Source: Chiloscyllium plagiosum (lineage: Eukaryota). Taken from it: a DNA stretch of 64,000 nucleotides. Under the pieces are notes generated by a model. The model was not told the origin of the DNA, ran no database searches, and saw only the letters and a list, made by a program, of their open reading frames with translations. How positions within the stretch are numbered: position 1 is the stretch's first letter; each line of letters starts with the position of its first letter. The position numbers were made by a program, and so were the translations under genes. The stretch is taken from positions 13,602,267 to 13,666,266 of the forward strand of contig NC_057751.1 in assembly GCF_004010195.1 (NCBI RefSeq), given 5' to 3'. Of the stretch, positions 59,701 to 64,000 are shown piece after piece.

Positions 59701-62354
59701 ACAAAGTGTTGTCCCTGGGGTGGGGAAGTCCAGATTTAGAGCATAGGTTTAGGGTGAGAGAGGAAAGAAATAAAAGGGACCTAAAGGGCAATCTTTTCAC
59801 ACAGAGCATGTTATGTTTGTAGAATGAGCTGCCAGAGGGAGTGGTGGAGGCTAGTATGATTGCAATATTTCAAAGGCATTTGGATACATATATGAATAGG
59901 AAGTGTTTAAGAGGGAAATGGACTAGGTGCTGGCAGATGGGACTAGATTGGTTCGGGATATCTGGTGGCATGGACGAGTTGGACCGAATGGTCTGTTTCC
60001 GTGCTGTACATCTCTATTACTCTATGATTATGACCAATGGAAGGCTTTCTCTCCCAACACTATCCAGGTTGCTCACGATATCAAGAACCTCTGTCACATC
60101 TTCCCATACACTTCTCCTTTGAAAGGAAAACAGTCCCAATTTCACCACTCTCTTTTCATAGCACAAGTCTGTCAATCCTGGAACCATTCTTGTCAACTTG
60201 CTAGTGTTCACATTATTCTAAAAACATGGCGCCAAGAACTGTACACAACACTCCAGCTGAGGTTTAAATAACGTCTTATAAAATTCAGTACAAACCTTCA
60301 GCTTGCACTTTGTGCCCCTATTAATAACACCAGGATATTGTGTGTTTTATTATATGTTTGTATTTCAGGATGAAGTTGAGAGCAGGCATCTACTGAGTGG
60401 TTAAACTATTTAAACTTCGTGACAATGACACCTATAAACAGGACTAAACCTTTAAAAATATTATAATCACAGAATCCTGAACACACGCACCAGCCAGTTT
60501 CAAAACATTTCTACTCTACTGTTGTTATAATATTGAATGGATTCACAAACTCTCAACATGAATTGAATTTATTGTCACGTGCACTTAGGCACAGGAAAAA
60601 TCGTTGTCTTGCGAGCAATACAGGCCGATCACAGAGTTAAGTGGCACAGATAGTAAATAATAGGTAAACAGCAGCAAAAACAAAAACACAGGTACAGGCG
60701 AATGTTAAGAGTTTGTAAGTCCATTCAGTATTCTAACAACAATAGGGTAGAAACTGTTACGAAACCGGCTGGTGCATGTGTTCAGGCTTCTGTACCTTCT
60801 CCCCCGATGGTAGGGGTTGTAGAAAAGCATTGCCAGGGTGGGATGGATCTTTGAGAATGCTAGTGGCTTTTCCTTGACAGTGGGCCTGGTAGATGGATTC
60901 TATAGATGGGAGGTTGGCCTTTGTGATTGTCCAGGCCGAGTTCACCACTCTCTGTAACCGTCTCAGATATTGAATGGTACAGTTGCCATACCAGGTAGTG
61001 ATACATCCAGACAGAATGCTCTCGCTGGCACACCTATAAAAGTTGGCAAGGGTATTCGACATCATGCCAAATTTTCTCAGCTTCCTGAGGAGGAAGAGAC
61101 ATTGTTGGGCCTTTGTAACCAGTGTGTCCACATGAAGAGTCGAAGAAAGTTTGTTGTGGATGACCACTCCCAGGAGCTTGACACTCTCCACTCATTCCTC
61201 CTCTGTGCTGTTAATGTGTAGGGGGGCATGAGTAAGATCCTGCCGAAAGTCAATAATGAGTTCCTTGGTTTTGCTGGCATTGAGAGCTGGGTTGTTCTCA
61301 GTGTACCATTTTTCCATGTCTTCCACCTCCCATCTGTAGTCTGTTTCGTCGCCATCTGAGATTCAACCGACTGTGGTGGTGTCATCAGTGAACTTGTAAA
61401 TGGCATTAGTCATAGCTATCCTGTGTTTTTGTTTTTGTCGCTGTTTATCTATTATTTACTTATCTATGCTACTTAACTCTGTGATCTGCCTGTATTGCTC
61501 GCAAAGCTTTTCATTGTGCATCAGTGCACCTGACAGTAAATTCAATTCAATTCGTTGTACAGTTTAGTTTTAAAGTTTATTTTCAATCTCAGAATTGCAA
61601 CATTTGTATTACAGTTTTAAACTGAGAAACTAAAGTGAACTGGAAAGAATTAAAACAGCAACAAGGAACAAAAGAAAGCGACACGTTGCAGGAAGGATTG
61701 CGCGATATAATTTACTTCTCAAAATTGAGAAGTGCCTGGGAAGTTTAATAATTTCAAATTGATATGTAAATTTGGCCTGAAGGAAGTTGGGATTGAAAAC
61801 AATGCAATGAATGTTAGTTTTAACCCGATGGCCACGAGGAAACCAGCGGACAGCGCACTTGAAAATTTAAACTCGCACAATCCAAGATTTTCACATTTAT
61901 CCGCTTAATTTTGCCACTATTCAAAACAGACACGTTTTGTATGACAGCTGCAGTTCCTTTCCAAGCAAAAACACTTGTGCACTATTTTCTTTAACCAACA
62001 ATTCACGCGATGGTTAAGTCTCCTGCAAATAATTTTATATTTTTCAATTTTCTTTGCGGAGCCCCTACCGATATTGCCCTCGACTGAAATCCTGGTAACT
62101 GCCTGACTTTTACTGTGAATCTCAACAGGCTCCGTTCTGGAGCAAACGCGTTTCCGAGCAGCTTCAGTTCCCATCATCAGCTCAACCCGATCGCCCGGTT
62201 TCCAGTGGGAGCTCACGGTGGACAGCAAGCTCCGTCCTCGGGTTCGCAAAGCGTACTGTGGGTCGGGGAATAAACACGCCACTCTGTGTAGCATCCGGCT
62301 CTGCGTGAATTTCACGCTTGTCCTTATCAGGAGAGCTCTGAAGGACAAAGCCAT
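32761..62354 (-). CDS. DGUOK: Deoxyguanosine kinase-like (dCK/dGK family) gene, 7 coding exons, 332 aa; exact paralog (dGK, dGK2 or dCK2) not resolved
   Basis: Exons of 286+116+194+148+116+100+39 = 999 nt join in frame with GT-AG junctions. The protein has the P-loop [35 protein letters not shown], lid [10 protein letters not shown] and IPVLVLDVN motifs. Family assignment is secure; the symbol is tentative. Confidence 0.85.
34088..34383 (-). mobile_element. HE1-type SINE in intron 6
   Basis: A and B boxes, central domain and tail. Confidence 0.88.
34630..34729 (-). CDS. DGUOK: dGK-like kinase exon 6 ([33 protein letters not shown])
   Basis: ttttcaacag| acceptor, |gtaaag donor, 100 nt. Confidence 0.94.
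35343..35947 (+). mobile_element. Solo LTR with an internal insertion/duplication (~35424-35819)
   Basis: TG...CA ends (tgtcgtgatt...ttatttca); both ends homologous to the solo LTR at 48528-48756. Confidence 0.6.
35995..36850 (+). mobile_element. Two old CR1 3' remnants
   Basis: Decayed LFSLE..RGDL and WNA motifs plus 3' UTR-like sequence. Confidence 0.55.
37030..37320 (-). mobile_element. Penelope-like 3' fragment (third family) with decayed hammerhead
   Basis: Minus strand AGTC-CTGAAGA-A-GG-TTTACA-CCC-AAAA-CG-TT-GACT at 37075-37109, followed by a pLTR-like gctgcctggcttgctgtgttctcccagc. Confidence 0.7.
37402..37517 (-). CDS. DGUOK: dGK-like kinase exon 5 ([39 protein letters not shown])
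   Basis: ttttccatag| acceptor, |gtaagt donor, 116 nt; lid motif RxxxRGRxEE. Confidence 0.95.
38450..39750 (+). mobile_element. Cluster of CR1 fragments (two 3' ends and an ORF2 middle piece)
   Basis: [13 protein letters not shown]...[17 protein letters not shown]; 3' UTR ending ctctatgactcta. Confidence 0.8.
39138..39423 (+). mobile_element. HE1-type SINE, 5'-truncated, (TAATC)n tail, inserted in CR1
   Basis: B box GGTTCAATTCC; CpG-rich, so probably young; microsatellite tail at 39396-39423. Confidence 0.9.
41212..41545 (+). mobile_element. HE1-type SINE, older copy
   Basis: Decayed A and B boxes and central domain. Confidence 0.8.
41965..43570 (+). mobile_element. Penelope-like retroelement (RT + GIY-YIG + terminal repeat), 5'-truncated with an internal deletion near 42565
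   Basis: [35 protein letters not shown] and YKPT RT motifs; [25 protein letters not shown] motif at ~42970-43030. Confidence 0.93.
43478..43513 (+). ncRNA. Minimal hammerhead ribozyme motif in the PLE terminal repeat (core intact, stem I weak)
   Basis: CTGATGA(43482-88)-A-GGGC-TTTT-GCCC-GAAA-CG-TC. Confidence 0.6.
44591..44738 (-). CDS. DGUOK: dGK-like kinase exon 4 ([25 protein letters not shown]...[10 protein letters not shown])
   Basis: ctatgcag| acceptor, |gtaagt donor, 148 nt. Confidence 0.96.
45530..47540 (-). mobile_element. CR1 LINE ORF2 (RT) and 3' end in intron 3
   Basis: ORF 46669..47403 ([36 protein letters not shown]); KFGDDTK; C-terminal ORFs 45952..46332 and 45665..46060. 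Confidence 0.93.
46363..46541. mobile_element. Penelope-like terminal-repeat insert, inverted (fold-back) pair
   Basis: Arms invert at gacgttttgggcaaaacgtc; TSD tcactctccta(aa/gg)ct at 46348-46362 and 46542-46556. Confidence 0.8.
48528..48756 (+). mobile_element. Solo LTR, about 229 bp
   Basis: TGTCG...CTCA ends; internal CCAAT and AATAAA; flanks gaatg/taatg (5-bp TSD with one mismatch). Confidence 0.7.
49075..49268 (-). CDS. DGUOK: dGK-like kinase exon 3 ([28 protein letters not shown]...FERSVYSDR)
   Basis: ccccag| acceptor, AG|gtaa donor, 194 nt; ERS catalytic motif. Confidence 0.96.
49325..49690 (-). mobile_element. CR1 ORF2 N-terminal APE fragment
   Basis: [16 protein letters not shown]...[15 protein letters not shown] (49444..49680). 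Confidence 0.8.
51300..54190 (-). mobile_element. Old CR1 remnant (51300-51940 and 53500-54190) split by a Gypsy fragment
   Basis: [19 protein letters not shown] (51682..51915) and [15 protein letters not shown] (53759..53977). Confidence 0.7.
51940..53360 (+). mobile_element. Gypsy (Gmr1-like) LTR plus 5' gag, truncated; relative of 3155-6709
   Basis: LTR ends gtccataaca at 52573; gag [12 protein letters not shown]...[10 protein letters not shown] and [15 protein letters not shown] are homologous to the first copy. Confidence 0.85.
54337..54823 (+). mobile_element. Penelope-like 3' fragment
   Basis: [17 protein letters not shown]...[17 protein letters not shown]; 10-bp TSD cgaatgtatc at 54327-54336 and 54824-54833. 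Confidence 0.88.
55067..55182 (-). CDS. DGUOK: dGK-like kinase exon 2 ([39 protein letters not shown])
   Basis: ttacttag| acceptor and |gtaagt donor, 116 nt; completes the P-loop GKST and the EP..KW motif; not in the ORF track. Confidence 0.95.
55860..56530 (+). mobile_element. Old L2/CR1-group LINE fragment
   Basis: Homologous to 22430-23340. Confidence 0.6.
56780..56885 (+). mobile_element. Short Penelope-derived insert with decayed hammerhead (CTGAGGA type)
   Basis: CTGAGGA-A-GGGT-CACCAA-ACCC-AAAA at 56788-56813; flanks ca(c/t)agaatct. Confidence 0.6.
57235..60030 (+). mobile_element. Near-complete CR1 ORF2 (APE + RT + 3' UTR), disrupted, in intron 1
   Basis: YDIIAITE.W, DFNFP.IDW and SDHN (APE); ORF 58486..59199 covers the RT core with FADD; 3' end ctctattactctatga; several frameshifts and stops. 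Confidence 0.94.
60559..61412 (-). mobile_element. Rex1/Babar-type LINE (RT C-half and 3' UTR) inserted in an opposite-strand 3' UTR copy of the same family
   Basis: KFTDDTT at ~61380-61395; ORF 60757..61191; host halves at 60476-60558 and 61420-61553 (+). Confidence 0.85.
62069..62354 (-). CDS. DGUOK: dGK-like kinase exon 1 ([11 protein letters not shown]...RISVEGNI)
   Basis: ATG at 62354 in gaaATGG context; ends ATC G|GTAGGG (phase 1); Arg-rich N-terminus leading into the P-loop start SVEGNI. The true start codon is less certain than the donor. Confidence 0.85.
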
Positions 62355-62960
62355 TTCAATAGTTCTGTGCTCAGAACCCCCGCACACATCATGCTGCAGT
62401 TCACGTTTCCTGTCTCAGCTCCTCAGCTTCTCCTGTCTCTCGTTCCATCACCTCGCTTCCTCTCTGCTGAAACCAACCTCCTCACATTTTGGTGAAACAG
62501 TTCCGGGTTAATGCAATTGAACAACGTTGTTTTCCAGCAGCCCTTTTCCATCAAGAAGGAGGTTGGGTTATTTGCATCTCAAGAGGATTCCAGATATCCG
62601 GCTGCGGATGATCTACGCGAAAACAAAACAAAATCGAATTTGATGCACAATTTATGTTTCAATTTATCGCTTCGCATCCATCTTCTTCTGCACCATCTTT
62701 GAGCATTTGGTACAACCCCTCTGTGTCATCCCCAAGCGGTTTCCTGTCCTGCCCTTCGCCTTAGCCACCGTCTCTTGCTTTTCAATCCCTACTGCTAAAA
62801 TGGCCTGACAGCTTGCATCAGGTTATGTTCAAGGAACGTCGGCTAATTCAGTGTCTTGACATAGACTAAAGCGGGTCAGTTTTGTGCACTTAATCATTGA
62901 ACGTAAGAATATGAAAAGTATCTTGCCTTGTGTGGTTGGACGCCACACCGAGTTTGGGTT
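62355..62960 (-). promoter_or_regulatory. 5' UTR / proximal promoter of the kinase gene
   Basis: No recognisable repeat; visibly CpG-enriched relative to the rest of the window; immediately upstream of exon 1; TSS not identifiable. Confidence 0.45.
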
Positions 62961-63150
62961 CTTTTCAGACTGGTGAAGAAATTAAAGTCGTTTTCAGGTT
63001 TAGCTTTCAAAGTAACATTGTTTATTAAATATTAATACTAAACACTGCTGCCGGTGATCATCACTGGTCTGTCAGGCTCTGACTTACCATAACAATCAGT
63101 AAGAACTGATCTAACTTAATATGCTCTCAGTTCGACTCCCAGTACGCAGA

Positions 63151-63217
63151 GTTCGACTATTACCTGAAATAATGTTTTTCTCCAGTGTTCGACTATTACC
63201 TGAAATAATGTTCTTCT
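63151..63217. repeat. Tandem duplication, 31-bp match with 36-bp period
   Basis: gttcgactattacctgaaataatgtt(t/c)ttct at 63151-63181 and 63187-63217. Confidence 0.9.
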
Positions 63218-63454
63218 GATCCAATCGCTCTGTGATCTTAAAACTTATTGAGATGCAACTCTGTGACATCAGAAGATTGCTCCTGGGTTCCCAATCCTTA
63301 TACAAATTAAAGTATAAGATAATTCACAGGGAAGAGAAGCACTGAGCATAGTCCTCGACTTGCTGTCCTGGCCAGAAAGTGTGTTAACTGAAAGTCTGAG
63401 TTTCATATTGTGCAAGAGGCCTTCTTTCCTGGTTAACTGCATGGATCTTTGATT

Positions 63455-63820
63455 TCTTAGTTAAAAATCACACCACACCAGGTTATAGTCTAACAGGTTT
63501 ATTTGGAGGTACAAGCTTTGGGAGCGTTGCTCCTTCATCAGGTAGCTAGTGGGGCAGGATCATAAGACACAGAATTTATACTAAAAGGTCATAGTTTCAT
63601 ACATCTGATGCAATGTATTGATTGCTGTTAAGTCTTTAATCGCTTAGAATGGGGATGCAGGTTTTGATTGATAATATGTAAATTTCAGAAGTTCTTTCAA
63701 GCCACAGTTCTGAGATATCAAGATTTTTTTTAAAAAAAAGTAATATCTCAGCTCAGAAAATGCATTAAAGATGTGGGGTTAGAATCTATTATTTTTTTAA
63801 AAAAGTGACATTTCCACTTC
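63455..63820 (-). mobile_element. Penelope-derived repeat (same family as 11546-11675)
   Basis: Reverse complement matches 11555-11640, including the hammerhead-like TAC-CTGATGA-A-GGAGC-AAC-GCTCC-CAAA-GC-TT-GTA. Confidence 0.75.
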
Positions 63821-64000
63821 AATTTCTTAGGCATGTTGTATTTAAATAACGAGCAATGCAGTAACAGGGTGGGGTGGGGAGAGAGGGTGCAGCATTGTTT
63901 GTTTATTCATTGAATATGAACATTTCTGACCTATTCCGGATTGCCAGGAGAAAAGTGGTGCTCTTGAACTGCTGGATTCTGTGTGATGAAGGAACACCCA

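Noticed and set aside
61917..62068. ORF-track extension of exon 1 ([10 protein letters not shown]...) and the upstream GTG start at 62387
   Set aside because: The extension is intron 1 read-through past the GT donor at 62068; the GTG start is an ORF-caller artefact in a vertebrate sequence.

Overview
Eukaryotic, repeat-rich genomic DNA, most likely from a shark or other elasmobranch (HE1-type SINEs, CR1, Rex1, Penelope-like and Gypsy repeats). I can build one intact protein-coding gene: a 7-exon, minus-strand deoxyribonucleoside kinase of the dCK/dGK family. Its CDS is 62354-62069, 55182-55067, 49268-49075, 44738-44591, 37517-37402, 34729-34630 and 32799-32761 (999 nt, 332 aa, all introns GT-AG). 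It is DGUOK-like, possibly the non-mammalian dGK2 paralog. Most of the rest is decayed, often nested transposable elements, and most short ORFs in the track are TE fragments or noise. Highlights: (1) minimal type-I hammerhead-ribozyme motifs in Penelope-like terminal repeats, with covarying stems, TSD-flanked solo insertions and fold-back copies that invert at ribozyme stem II; (2) an exon 1 encoding a mitochondrial-type presequence followed by a second Met-Met start with a dCK-like basic NLS, plus an overlapping uORF; (3) a dCK/dGK mosaic of residues and exon sizes; (4) a Gypsy element with Gmr1-like PR-IN order. Repeat family names and human comparisons are from recall, not database searches, and TE boundaries are approximate.
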